A stretch of DNA of 64,000 bases from Candidatus Latescibacterota bacterium. Lineage in GTDB: Bacteria; Latescibacterota; UBA2968; UBA8231. A model generated the notes under the pieces. That model worked only from the letters and a program-made list of their open reading frames with translations. It was not told the origin of the DNA and made no database searches. The DNA lies in assembly GCA_965215195.1 (NCBI GenBank), contig CBDCDC010000001.1, positions 1,120,001 through 1,184,000 of the forward strand, given 5' to 3'. The position numbers were made by a program, and so were the translations under genes. Shown piece by piece: positions 35,439 to 46,466 of this stretch. Every line of letters begins with the position of its first letter. Position 1 is the stretch's first letter.

Positions 35439-37736
35439 TCAGCGCTGCCAATAGTACGACAATTTGAGCTGCAACGAGCGGCTGGCCTGTTGCAGGCCGC
35501 CCTCGGTATCCCAGACCTGATTGTACACGAGGAACAGATCGCTGCCGGGCAGGTAGTGGTAGTTGAACAGGAAATTGCCGCCCACCAGCTCCCGGGTACT
35601 GTTCCACTGCAAAAAGCCGCGCACAAACATGTCGGGCGAGAAGGAATAGAGGAAGCGGTGCCCGAACAGGTGGGTGTTGAAGGCACTGTCGGGCAGGTCG
35701 ATGTTGTTGAACTCGTAGCGGCCTTCTAGCTCTAGGCGGGCATTGTAGCGCCAGACGGCCTCGGTGGAAGCGCGGTGGCGGATGCCGTTGAAAAAATCGC
35801 CGTATTCGCACGAAGCGCGGCCGGAGAAGCGGCGGCTCGAATTGGCGAAAAAACTGAACTGATAGCTGCCAAATTCGTACGCGCCCGGGGGAATTTCTCG
35901 GTCGTCGCGTATGGCAAACGCCTCGTCCAAAAGCTCGTAGCGCTGGCGATAGCGCACCCCGATCCAGTCGCCTATTTCCAAATTGATAAAGGCGGAGAAT
36001 TCAAAATCGCGGCTCTGCAAGGTATTGCCCCGATCCGTCAGGTAGGTAAGGCGCGGCCCAAGCGAAAACATGCGGATCCAGTCGATGGCCGGTCGGGGCC
36101 GGTAGCGCCCGCTGCCTTTGAAGCGGCGGATGTCACTGCGCGGCACAAAGCCCACTTGGGGCGCAAAGTCCTCCTCCACGTCGAGATAGCTCAGGCGGGT
36201 CTCAAAGCGGCTCTGGCGATAGTCCAGCTCCAGCAGGCCGGCCCGGTCGCGGCCTTCCACCGAGGGGGTCCAAGTCTTGGCGGCAAAGCCGCGCAGGTTG
36301 AGGGCGGCTTGCAACAGCGACAGGGTGAAGTCGAAGCCAGCAGTGCGATTGTAGGAAGCCTCTGAGCCGGGTTGCTTGTCGATGGCGATAAAGCCGAGGT
36401 TGGAGCGGCCCAGCAGGTCGCGCTTGAGGCGCAGGACCGCGAAGTCGGTCTGGGCCACGCGCAGGGTGTCGGGGATGTTCAATCGCAGGGTATCGACGAT
36501 GGCGTCCCCGGTCAGCTCTGCTTGGTCCTCGTCGAGCAGGTCGCCATCTGCGGTGACAAAGCGGTCCTCCTCTGCTTCGGCAAAAAAAGTCCCGGCCTGG
36601 GTGGTCATGCGCAGGACACCAATTTGATAGGGGCCAGCCCGTCCGGTGAGTTTGCCGCCGGCCAATACGGACAGGTTGTGCCCTTCTTCAATGCCAATGC
36701 GACGGCTGTAGAACAGCAGGGTGGGGGGCCGACCTCCCGTGCCCTGCCTTTCGACGCGTTCGCCAAACTCAAAAATCCCGGCCCCTTCGAGGAAGAAGTC
36801 GCGCTTTTCTGGGAAGAACAGGCTGAAGCGGGTGAGGTTGATCTGCTCTTGGTCGGCTTCCACTTGGGCGAAGTCGGTTTTGTAGGACAGGTCCAAGGTA
36901 AGGGAGGGCGTGAGGCCGTATTTGAAATCTAGGCTTGGGTCTAGGCCGTATTCAGTGGGGCGGTCGTCCGCGAAATCGCGCTGGATGCCGCTCAGCAAGA
37001 AGGGGACGACCGCTATGGGTGGGCGACTCTGCAACTCACCCAAACCCTTGAGGACGGCCAGCCGCGAGGTGCGGTAGCGGCCCCTAAGACCATAGGATTG
37101 GGGCGGGGGGACCAAGAAGACTTCCTCGTTTTTGCGGCGAATGGCGCGGCCGATGTTAAGGCCCCACACGGCTTGGTCGCTGTCGGGGTAGCGCACCTGA
37201 TCAAAGGGAATGGCCACTTCGGCACTCCAGCCCAAGCTGTCGATCTCGGTGCGACTCTGCCAGACGCTGTCCCAGGCTTGGTTGCGGGTGCGGCCCTCGT
37301 CGGTAAGCAGCAGGTCTTGGCGCGCACCCAAGGGGTTGGTGCTAAAGTAAAAGCCGCCGCGGCGGTCGTTATAGGGATCGAGGATAATCTGGATGTTGTC
37401 GTTTTCGTCCAAGTCGGCGTCGCGCCGCATCTGGTTGGCCACTAGGCGGTCGGCCTCGCTGTCGAAGCAGCGCAGGGCAAAGTACAGATGATCGTCGTCA
37501 AAGAGAATGCGGACTTGGGTCTGCTCGGTGGGCTGGGCCCCTTCGACCGGCTCGCGCTGGAAAAAGTCGGCCATGATCGGGGCTTGGTGCCAGACGGAGT
37601 CGTCGATGCGCCCGTCGATGCTGGGGGGCGCGGGGGTGCGGGTGGCTTGGACGACCGGGATTTCCCGAGCTGGGCCCGGTGCGGCGAGGACCGCTAGAAC
37701 GACGGCACTTTTGGCAATGGACGATAGAGGGTTCAA
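35439..37736 (-). CDS. CBM9-like plus DUF5916 outer-membrane protein
   Basis: PPSIDGRIDD, WSAEVAIPF, DFAQVEAD, RFSLFFPEKRDFFLEG, LFYSRRIG, beta-barrel-like C-terminus. Confidence 0.88.
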   Translation of the reverse strand: MNPLSSIAKSAVVLAVLAAPGPAREIPVVQATRTPAPPSIDGRIDDSVWHQAPIMADFFQREPVEGAQPTEQTQVRILFDDDHLYFALRCFDSEADRLVANQMRRDADLDENDNIQIILDPYNDRRGGFYFSTNPLGARQDLLLTDEGRTRNQAWDSVWQSRTEIDSLGWSAEVAIPFDQVRYPDSDQAVWGLNIGRAIRRKNEEVFLVPPPQSYGLRGRYRTSRLAVLKGLGELQSRPPIAVVPFLLSGIQRDFADDRPTEYGLDPSLDFKYGLTPSLTLDLSYKTDFAQVEADQEQINLTRFSLFFPEKRDFFLEGAGIFEFGERVERQGTGGRPPTLLFYSRRIGIEEGHNLSVLAGGKLTGRAGPYQIGVLRMTTQAGTFFAEAEEDRFVTADGDLLDEDQAELTGDAIVDTLRLNIPDTLRVAQTDFAVLRLKRDLLGRSNLGFIAIDKQPGSEASYNRTAGFDFTLSLLQAALNLRGFAAKTWTPSVEGRDRAGLLELDYRQSRFETRLSYLDVEEDFAPQVGFVPRSDIRRFKGSGRYRPRPAIDWIRMFSLGPRLTYLTDRGNTLQSRDFEFSAFINLEIGDWIGVRYRQRYELLDEAFAIRDDREIPPGAYEFGSYQFSFFANSSRRFSGRASCEYGDFFNGIRHRASTEAVWRYNARLELEGRYEFNNIDLPDSAFNTHLFGHRFLYSFSPDMFVRGFLQWNSTRELVGGNFLFNYHYLPGSDLFLVYNQVWDTEGGLQQASRSLQLKLSYYWQR

Positions 37737-37890
37737 AATACAAGCTCAGGGCCTCTCACTTGAGTGAGTGAAGCACTTGGCTCGTCGTGGAAAATCCCCC
37801 CATCCGGCGCGGACTTGACGGCCTGCAAACACCCAATCCGTGGCCGACGCTACACTTCTGGGGGGTGATAGCGCCTAGGTGCGCAGCAAC

Positions 37891-39201
37891 TCACGGCGCG
37901 AACCGATAGACCACCGGCAACTGGGCGGCGTCTGCGATGCTCGAGTCCGCGTGGTGGTAGATGTTCACGTGCCCGGTGCCGCAGTCGCCGAAATCGTCGC
38001 AGGAGAGTACGCCGATAATCCCCTGAAAGCCATCCGTCGCCCCGACCGCCTCGCGCAGGGCGGCGCGGTCCACGTACAACTTGTCGCCCTGCGCCCTCGC
38101 AACGGATTCGATGGTGCTGAGCAGCACTGTTGTGGCGTCGTACGCGTGCGCCCAGTACGGAGAGGGAGGCGACTCGCCGTACGCGGCTTCGTACGCGGCG
38201 AGCACTTCGTCCGCGTTTTTGCCGGTCGCAGCATTGACATTCGGGCCGTGGTCCGACTCCGGCCCGGCAAAGTACGTGCCCTCTGACTGGGGCGTGCTGA
38301 GGAAATCGGCCACGAGGAGCGCCGCGCCCGCAATGAACGTCGCGCCTTTTAGGCCGTCGAACGCCAGCGCCTGCTCGGCGAAAGACGTGCCTTCCGATTC
38401 AAAGAGCGGAAAGAAGATGCCGTCCGGCGCGGCGGCCGCGAATTCCGCGAGGACGGCCGTCATGTCCGCGTCGCCCTTGTCGAGCCGGGCGGTGGCAGCC
38501 ACCTCGCCGCCGAGGGCGCGGAACGCATCGCCAAACGCGCTCACGAGGGCCGCGGTGTACGGGTCGCCGTCGTCAACGGCCACCATGCGCCGCAGGCCCA
38601 GTTCACTGTAGGCGAAGTCGGCGACGGCTTGCGCCTGATAGAGGTCGTTGTTAGAAGTGCGGAAATAGCCGGGGTGGTAGGCGGGATTCGCATTGCCGGC
38701 GAGGTCGGACGTGAGCAAAGGCGACGTGTTGGACGGCGAGATCATCACCAGCCCGGCCTCGCTGATAAGCGGTGAGGCTACCACGGCCGCGGCCGAGCAC
38801 GACGTGCCGACGACGCCTATCACCTGTGAATCGGCCGTGATTTGCTCGGCACCCGCACGTCCGCCCTCGGCCGAGCACATGCTGTCCATAGACTCGCCGA
38901 GGTCGATCGCGCGACCGTGGATGCTGCCGAAGTCGCGCACGGCCAACTCAACGCTGTGCCGCAACACCCTACCCAGCGAGGCCGCGCCCGTGATCGAGAA
39001 CAGCGAGCGGATCTGCACGGCCTCGCCAACCTCAACTGCGCCGAGTGGTTGGCGCCGCGGCTCAGCTAGCCCGGCGACGGGGGTGCTGGTCCAAGTGATG
39101 CTGCTGGTTATGCGCTTGGCGGCCGCCGCGACTGGATCGCGCTCAGAACATGCGCCTAGGGTCAAGGAGCAGGTGAGCAAGAAAAACAGAGCGAATTGCA
39201 C
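37891..39201 (-). CDS. Branched-chain amino acid ABC-type substrate-binding lipoprotein (LivJ-like)
   Basis: LGAC lipobox; GVVGTSCS, MISPSNTSP, YFRT, AHAYDA. Confidence 0.88.
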   Translation of the reverse strand: MQFALFFLLTCSLTLGACSERDPVAAAAKRITSSITWTSTPVAGLAEPRRQPLGAVEVGEAVQIRSLFSITGAASLGRVLRHSVELAVRDFGSIHGRAIDLGESMDSMCSAEGGRAGAEQITADSQVIGVVGTSCSAAAVVASPLISEAGLVMISPSNTSPLLTSDLAGNANPAYHPGYFRTSNNDLYQAQAVADFAYSELGLRRMVAVDDGDPYTAALVSAFGDAFRALGGEVAATARLDKGDADMTAVLAEFAAAAPDGIFFPLFESEGTSFAEQALAFDGLKGATFIAGAALLVADFLSTPQSEGTYFAGPESDHGPNVNAATGKNADEVLAAYEAAYGESPPSPYWAHAYDATTVLLSTIESVARAQGDKLYVDRAALREAVGATDGFQGIIGVLSCDDFGDCGTGHVNIYHHADSSIADAAQLPVVYRFAP

Positions 39202-39292
39202 TGCATGGACCTCCTATGGAATTGGGCCAATGCCTTGGTTAGTGGTAGCGAAGCGCGCGGCGCGAATCGATAAACCCCTGCGCCCCTTCTGT

Positions 39293-39850
39293 CTAAAAGC
39301 GACTTTTGAGCTGTCCCCAGGACTGTCCTGTAACTGCCGTAGAAGCGGATTCTGGATAAAAGCCAGAGCCCAAGATGAAATTTTGGCCGAGGGCGGCATA
39401 GGGAATGACATAGCTCACTTTCGGCGAGCCGATTTCTTCGTCCCCTTCTACCAGCGGATCGGGCCAAAGATACTCGACGTAGCCGCCGCCCTCAGCCGCC
39501 GCTGCGATAAACTCTTGGACAAATTTGACTCCATTGGCGTCTTCGAGATCATACAAGTCTTGGCCTTCGAGGTCTGGATTATCCGCGTGAAAAATTGCGG
39601 TGCCCTCGGTGGTCAGGACGAATAGATAGATGGATCCATACTTCCAAGTTTCTTCCGTTCTGAGTTCCTGCAAGACACTTATGTACTCGGGAAGGGTCGT
39701 GGCGTTATCTGCGTACGCCTTGGCCGCGAGTACAAAGGCTTTCAGGGTTTCCCGGTCCACCACATCACTGGCCGTTATCTCCGAGTCTTGAGCCACCGCG
39801 GGCAAGAGGCTGGCCAGCGTTAGAATGAATACTGCGATTAGACTCCTCAT
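39293..39850 (-). CDS. Secreted standalone single Cache-domain protein with C-terminal WGxLK motif
   Basis: Signal peptide; GSIYLFV, DANGVKFVQE, GGYVEYLWPDP, PKVSY, LGSGFY; tail TAVTGQSWGQLKSRF. Confidence 0.85.
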   Translation of the reverse strand: MRSLIAVFILTLASLLPAVAQDSEITASDVVDRETLKAFVLAAKAYADNATTLPEYISVLQELRTEETWKYGSIYLFVLTTEGTAIFHADNPDLEGQDLYDLEDANGVKFVQEFIAAAAEGGGYVEYLWPDPLVEGDEEIGSPKVSYVIPYAALGQNFILGSGFYPESASTAVTGQSWGQLKSRF

Positions 39851-40075
39851 GGTGATCTCCTCTCTTTTGTTGAGAATTGTGAACGATATGGGATAAGGTA
39901 CGACCGATTCTTAAAAAAATCTATTGGATACGCCGCCTGCAAAAGCACTTCCCAGACCCCCCCAATGCGGCTACCCCCTGATGATCATCTAAATTCATTG
40001 ACAAGCTAATGAGGCCAAACGTAGCTTAGTCCCGACAACGCTAACCTTCCCATCCGCCGAAAGAGAGGGTGCAAA

Positions 40076-41255
40076 ATGACTACCGATCAATCTCCGGCAA
40101 AGGAGACCTACCGCGCCACAGCTTTTGCCGACTCCAAGCCCGAACTCGCCGCTCCCGGGGCTACGCCCGAGCGGTTGGACCACTTGCGGGAGCATGGTTT
40201 CGTCATCATCACCGACTTTGTCGATAACCCGTGGATCCCCGTTCTGCGCGAGGCCGGCCGCCGCGTCACCGAGGCGTGTGCGCCCGAGCACGGCTACGGC
40301 AAGATCGACTGCTCAAAGGGCTACGTGCATCGTGCGGGCGGCAATGAGCCGTGGGCGATTCGGGGCCTCATCCATCCCGCTTTTGAGGAGCCTTGCTTTG
40401 CCGAGTTCCACGGCTCGGACGACTTCCTAAACTTCGTCGCCTCTTGGTGCAACGGGCTTGGGCCTGAAGATGTGGTGCTGAGCGGTCTGCTGCTGTGGTG
40501 CAATCCCCGGCGGCACGAGAATGGCCCCAGTTGGCACCGCGACGTGACGTGGTGGGGCAGCGGCAAGCCCTACTTTTCGCAGCGGGACGACCGGGGAGAA
40601 GGCCCGGAGGATTATTCCGAGGAAGTCGAAAAAATCCGCTGGGCAGAAATCTGCGCCAACAACGCCAAGGTGCTCACTGAGCGGAACGGCGTGAGCATGT
40701 TCTTGGCGCTGGTTGACGACGAGTGCCACGAGCTCATACCCGGCAGTCACGAGCGCTGGCGGACGCCGTTTGAGCACGATGTGCTGCTGCCGCAAGCGAT
40801 GAAGGACCAAGGGGTGCCGCACACCCCCAGTTGGAACAGGGTGGACCCGTTGCCGGGCCAGGTTTCGATCCGGCTCAAGCCCGGGGAAGCGCTCATCCGC
40901 AATGGGGGTCACGATCCACACCGGGCACACCGTCCCCGAGCGCGAGCGCAACACCTTGTCCATCGGCTGGTCAAAGTGGTCGGGTCCGTTCACCGGGGAG
41001 CCGTCCGTAGCGGACGCGCGCAACGCGTGGCAACTCGATCCGGCCGTGCGAGAGGCGTTGCCGCACGAGTGGATGCAGACCGCGTGGGATCGTTGGGCCG
41101 AGACCCAAAAATTAGGGGATACGCTCGAGGATCGGTACGCGGGGTTTGATATTCAGCGCATCAAAGCGGGGGAAGTCGTGGGTTGGCGCAGCGAACTGGA
41201 GCGCCAAGCGGCTGCCGCTGGCGAGGCGTGGGAGCGGTTTCAAACGGTGGCGTGA
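40076..41255 (+). CDS. PhyH-like dioxygenase (frameshift at G5 near 40905)
   Basis: LREHGFVII, SWHRDV, LIPGSH, LKPGEALIRNG|VTIHTG. Confidence 0.75.
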
Positions 41256-42081
41256 CGCTCGTCCGCCTCTCTTTTCGCTAGTGCCGCCTTGCGCTCGACA
41301 AACGCCGGCGGCGGGGGCGTGAGGATCGCGCGTTTGCGCTCATCTACCCCTTGCCATGGGTCGGCGTCCGTTGAGCTGAAAAAGTTATTCGGGCCGGAAT
41401 AGGCTTCCTCGCGCACCATGTACTTGTAAAAAAGCGTGGTCCGCGTGCTCGGCGCTGTCCACGGCAGCGTGACGTGACACAGGGCCTCGGTGAAGATAAT
41501 GGCACTGCCGGGCCGGGCCGGCACGCGGGTGACCATCGGATGCACGTCCTTGGACAAATCGACCCACGCTTGCGGACGGGGTAATGCCCCTTGTGCGATC
41601 CCGCCAAACAGCCGAACCCACCCCCGTTGCAAACGGTATCCTCCAGGCTCATACGCCACGGTGACCAGACCATTGGAGAAAGTCCCGCTTGCGGGATCGC
41701 GCGCGAAGTAATGCGTGATTAGCTCATGCGGCCGATTGGGACTTAGCAAGCGCCCATTGCCGCCGTGGATGGTTCCTCCGGCGAGATTTTTGTCGAAGGT
41801 GCCGTGCGTGTGCACGTTGATATGGTCGATGCGGAAGGGCGGGCGCCCGTCGGCTCGTTGGCCACCGTAGATTTCTGCTAGGACTTCCGAAACTACCGGA
41901 ACGTCCAGTAAATCGACGAAAGCCTGCGACCAGAAGCCGCCTCGATCGGCGTGCTGCGAGTGGAGTTGCGGGCCTTTGGCATCGACGGTGGCCTTGAGAT
42001 CGGCAACCTGCTCGGGCGTGATCGCATCCTCTACCGCGAGGAAGCCCACGTGTCAAAAGCAAAGCGCTGTTCTTCGTTCAT
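41240..42081 (-). CDS. PhyH-family enzyme with HGG motif (about three single-base frameshifts)
   Basis: Reconstructed MNEEQRFAFDTWGFLAVEDA...TIHGGNG...GGFGCLAGSHK...FTEALCHVT..RTTLFYKY. Confidence 0.75.
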
Positions 42082-42457
42082 TTGTAAACCCCCACTTGGT
42101 TAATTGCAGTCGACCTGCAAGGTGTAATTTGGCTGCCTGCCCCACGGGCGAAATGCCATACTGGCGCAGCGCATCCTCCAAGGTCGGCCGACGAAGGCGA
42201 AGGCGCTCGTCGCTCAGCAAATAAGAGGACACGCAGTCAAGCATCAGGATCCCGATCAGAAAGCAATAGCTCGTCAGCCCCTCGGGACCTACTCCACGCT
42301 TTCAGGCGAGCTTATCGGTCGCGGGTCAAGCTCGTTTGCTGCATAGTGGACGCCGGCCCGATCGCGGCAATGCGGACTTTGGGGTGGACTTGCGGCGGCT
42401 TTTGGCAGTTTTTTGGGACGACCCATCCCACCACCCGCCAGAACCATAGGAGCCTCT

Positions 42458-44428
42458 ATGCAAGCTCTCACCTCCCGCGCGCCCACCCTCCCGCCGACCC
42501 CGCGCCCGCGCGTTGCCTATTACGACTTGGGCATCCCCTTTGTAGGGGCTGTGTGGAACGGCTTCTCAATCACCTACGACCCTGCCAATGGGCACACCCT
42601 CGCTTGGGGTGCCGAATTCTCCCAAGACGGGGCCTACTACTTTTGCAACGATCTCGACACCGGCGGCTTGGAAGTCTTTCCCATGCCTTGCCGCGAGCAC
42701 GGCCCGGTCTTCCAAGCCCAAGACGGCACCATTTACGCCCGGATCATGTCCGGCCTGTCGGTTGATCACGGCCACCATCTCATGGTCTTTGACGCCCAAG
42801 CCCGCACCTTCAGCAGTCTGGGGCGTCCCGCCCCCGGCGATCAGCGCCTCCTCTGCATGGAGGAGCGCGACGGCCTGTTGTACATGGGCGGCCACGAACT
42901 GGCCGAACTGTTCTGCTACGACCCGCAAAAGCGGCGCTTTGACAAGCTCTGCCGCCCGTTTGCCCCGCCCACCGACCGCCTAGTACGCATCCAATTGCTG
43001 CCCGATGGTCGGCTGCTGCTCATCGGCTATCCGGCCGTCCCGGCCAAAAATCTACGATGTGGAAAGCGGTCACCTGAGCGATGTACCGCCCGCAGCCGAG
43101 GGGATTGCCGGCGCGGTGTGCGAAGGGGATCGCCTGTTTTTGGCGGCTGGCGATCAAGTGCGCGTCCTCAACGCCGATTTCGCCGAAGTGGCCCGCCTCG
43201 ACAGCCCGGTTGCCGGCGCGGCGCTGGTGCCTTTAGCCTTGGGCCGCAACAGCCGCGCTAGGGTGTACGCTTGGGCTGGGGATCAATTGGTGGCCATTGA
43301 CGCCCATACCTTGGACATCCGCTCCATTTGCGAGGGGCCTTTCGCCGGCATATCCGGGCTGAGCAAAGACGGCCATTTGGTCTTCGCCCAAGTCGAGGAG
43401 GGCCGCGCCACTATGGTAATCCCGATACTGGCGACCGGGAAGAACGCAGTTTTGCAGTCTATCAAGGCCGCCGCGGCAGCGCGGTATGCGCCCTAGGGAA
43501 AGGGCCTGATGGCAAAATCTACGGCACCAACATTTACGGCATGCACCTGTGCGCCATAGATCCCGATACCGATGCAATAGACGATTTGGGTTACACGTGG
43601 TGCGGCGGCGAACTCTACCACGTCCACGCCCACCAAGACAAGCTCTACGTTGGCAGCTACGGTGCTCCAACATTGGCGTGTACGACCGAGTCGGCCGTGG
43701 CAGCCCGGCGCGGCGTGCGGCAGCAATCCGCGCAATTGGGGTCCGTTGGGCCAAAACCAGAACCGACCCTTTGAAGCAGTGACCGGTCCCGACGGCCGCA
43801 TTTATGTGGCCAACCGCAGCAATTATGGCATTCCCGGCGGCGGGCTCGCCTCGTACGATCCGCCACCGGCCTCGAGCACCGGGAAATCTTTCTCGACCCG
43901 CAACAAAGCGTACAATGCGTAGCCGCGGACCAACGCTATGTGTACGGTGGCACCAGCATTTACGGGGGCCGCGGCGCGAAAATCACCACCGCCGACGGCC
44001 TGCTATTCGTCTTTGACCCCAGACTAAACAGCGCATTTGCCAACTGCGGCCGGTGGAAGGCGCCAACACGGTCACTAGCTTGGGCCGTCCACCCCTCGGG
44101 GCTGGTTTTTGGCAGCACGGACAACCGCCGCTTGTTCGTTTTTGACCCGCAGCGGTTTGTCATAGAAGAAGTGCTGGGCCCCTTGCGCTCGGAGGGGACT
44201 AGGTTGATGGGGGTGCCCGAAGGGGTGGAGATGTTCCCGCTGATTTGCGCCGCCGATGGCTTTATCTACGGCCTGACGCGCTTTGACCTGTTCCGCCTAG
44301 ACGGCTCGTCCCGCGTCCTCACCTATCTCAACGATCCGCCCCTGCCCGAACTCTACGCCCTGACCGAAGGAAAGGCCCGGTGTGCTTTACATGAGCGCCG
44401 GTACCCACGTCATCAAGTTGCCTGCTGA
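42458..44428 (+). CDS. Beta-propeller repeat protein, broken by several frameshifts
   Basis: AGGAG RBS; consecutive ORF pieces with propeller motifs GPDGKIYG, LYVGSY, GPDGRIYV, ADGFIYG; end uncertain. Confidence 0.65.
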
Positions 44429-44473
44429 GGCCGCCGCCCTTTTACCGCTGAGATTCTGGGGGAAGCGGGTTCG

Positions 44474-45268
44474 CTATGCGTTTATGGCTTCCCGCACCAC
44501 CCGTCCGGCCCAATCCCGCGCTGGTGCCACTGCTAGCAAAGCGGCAATAGTCGTCGGGTTGTCAATGATGCTCACCGGCTCCTGCAAACGCCGCCCGGGC
44601 AGCACCCCAGGACCGGCGATCACCCACGGAATGGTCATGTCCTCGTCCATTTCCGTGCCGTGGGTGCGCTCGTGCCCGCCGTGGTCGCTGGTGACGACGA
44701 CCGCGGTCTCTTCCCGGTTGACCGCCTCCAACACCGCGCCAATGGCCGCATCGGCCCGCCCAACAGCGGCCAAATACTCGGCCGACATCCAGCCGTGGTC
44801 GTGGCCGGCTACATCGGTGCAGCCTAGATAGACAAAGGCGAAATCGGCCGTCCATTCCCGCAGCGCGGCCGCGGCCAAGCCGGCCAATTGCCAGTCGCCG
44901 TCCGGCTCGTGGCAATTGTTCACATAGTACGAGCGGTCCAGCGAGCCCGGGTCGGCCAGATCGCGCAATGGCTCCCAATTGTAGAAGAAGGCCGTGCGCT
45001 TGCCAGCTTGGTGCAGCACGTCGACTAGGCTGGGCACTGGTCTGACTTGGGGCACCCAAGTGTTGGTGGTAATGCCGTGCCGTTGTGGGGTCACGCCGCG
45101 AAACATAGAGGTGTGGCAGGGCAAGGTGGACGAGGGCATTACGGTGCGGGCCGCATAGGTGCTGGCACCCTCGCGGATCAAGCGGTCGATGCAGGGGGTG
45201 GAGGCCTGTTGCAAGCCGTCGGGCCGCAGCCCGTCGATGACAAAGAGGATGAGGCGTCGCGGGGACAT
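44474..45268 (-). CDS. Alkaline phosphatase superfamily (nucleotide pyrophosphatase/phosphodiesterase-like)
   Basis: FVIDGLRPD, PSSTLPCHTSM, DVAGHDHG, VTSDHGG. Confidence 0.88.
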   Translation of the reverse strand: MSPRRLILFVIDGLRPDGLQQASTPCIDRLIREGASTYAARTVMPSSTLPCHTSMFRGVTPQRHGITTNTWVPQVRPVPSLVDVLHQAGKRTAFFYNWEPLRDLADPGSLDRSYYVNNCHEPDGDWQLAGLAAAALREWTADFAFVYLGCTDVAGHDHGWMSAEYLAAVGRADAAIGAVLEAVNREETAVVVTSDHGGHERTHGTEMDEDMTIPWVIAGPGVLPGRRLQEPVSIIDNPTTIAALLAVAPARDWAGRVVREAINA

Positions 45269-45306
45269 GGGATTCCTTTCTTTAGGGGTGGTATCTACTG
45301 AGGCGA

Positions 45307-46371
45307 TCACGCGCTGGCGTACAGCCCGGCATCGTGCGGTTTTAGCGGATACCTCGGTACTACACCTTGGTTGACGATGTTTTCCGGCGCGGGCCAGTGG
45401 CCCTTGAGGACGGAGGCCAGATTGCAGACGCCCGTGCGCGCCACGTCTTCGCCAGACTGCACTGAGTGGGCGGAGACGTGGGAGGTCATCAGGACGTTGT
45501 CCAGCGCCATGAGGGGATGCTGCGGGGTTTGCTCCTCGTCCGTGAACACGTTGAGCCACTCGTAGGTATCCAGCGCCGCGCCGGCCAGTGGCCCCTCCCG
45601 CAGTACCCGCGCCAGCGCCTCTTCATCTACCAAGGCACCGCGAGACGTGTTGATTAGGTAGGAGCCCGGCTTCATTTGGCGCAGCAGCTTCTCGTCGAAC
45701 AGGTGGTAGGTGTTTGCGTTTAGGGGCAACTGCAAGGAGATGAAGTCGGACTCGGCAAGTAGCGTTTTTAGGTCCACCATCTCGACGTCCAAGTCGGCCG
45801 GCAGGGGAGCCTGTAGGTTTCTGCGCGTGGCCAAGACCCGAAGGCCGAAGGCCCTAACGCGGCGGGCGACCATCGCGCCGGTGGCTCCGAAACCCACGAT
45901 GCCCAGCACACAGGTGGACAGCCGCTGCAACTGGGTGGCCTCGGCGCGGGCTTGGCGGAAGCGGCCGGCGCGCATGAACCGTTCCATGCGCGGCAGTTGG
46001 CGGGCGAGGGACAGCAGCATGGCCATGATGTGGTCGGTCATTTCCTCGGCGCAGAAGAGGGGGGCATTGGAGACGACGATGCCGCGTTCCGTAGCCTTTG
46101 CCACGGCGATTTTATCGGTGCCGTTGCCGAGGCGCGAGATCAGGCGACAGCGGTCCAGCGATGCGATTACGGCCGCTGGCAAGCCGGTTGAGACAACGGC
46201 GACCGCGTCGCAGCCGGCCAGCCGGCGAATGAGTGCCTGCGGGTCCTCCTCCTCGACGTATTCGGGTGCGATGCCAAACTGGGCGTACAGCGATCGCTCC
46301 AGCGCGCTGGTTGGGTACAGGGTGGCGTTGAGGCGGACGAAGCGGAAGGGGGATGTGGTGTTAGGCACCAT
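45307..46371 (-). CDS. D-2-hydroxyacid dehydrogenase (CtBP-like)
   Basis: GIVGFGATG, LINTSRG, AALDTYE, MTSHVSA. Confidence 0.9.
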   Translation of the reverse strand: MVPNTTSPFRFVRLNATLYPTSALERSLYAQFGIAPEYVEEEDPQALIRRLAGCDAVAVVSTGLPAAVIASLDRCRLISRLGNGTDKIAVAKATERGIVVSNAPLFCAEEMTDHIMAMLLSLARQLPRMERFMRAGRFRQARAEATQLQRLSTCVLGIVGFGATGAMVARRVRAFGLRVLATRRNLQAPLPADLDVEMVDLKTLLAESDFISLQLPLNANTYHLFDEKLLRQMKPGSYLINTSRGALVDEEALARVLREGPLAGAALDTYEWLNVFTDEEQTPQHPLMALDNVLMTSHVSAHSVQSGEDVARTGVCNLASVLKGHWPAPENIVNQGVVPRYPLKPHDAGLYASA

Positions 46372-46380
46372 GACGGATTT

Positions 46381-46408
46381 CAGTGGTTAGTGGCCAGTGG
46401 TCATTGGT
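46381..46408. repeat. Four degenerate heptamer tandem repeats
   Basis: CAGTGGT TAGTGGC CAGTGGT CATTGGT. Confidence 0.5.
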
Positions 46409-46466
46409 TCGTCCCAGCCCGCCCCCTCGGGAGCGGTAGGAACCGGCCGCGGAGGGATGCAGACTG

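Noticed and set aside
34230-44430. Programmed frameshifting or mass pseudogenisation
   Set aside because: The breaks examined are mostly single-base indels in homopolymers, clustered in one stretch across unrelated genes; sequencing or consensus error is more parsimonious (needs polishing to confirm).
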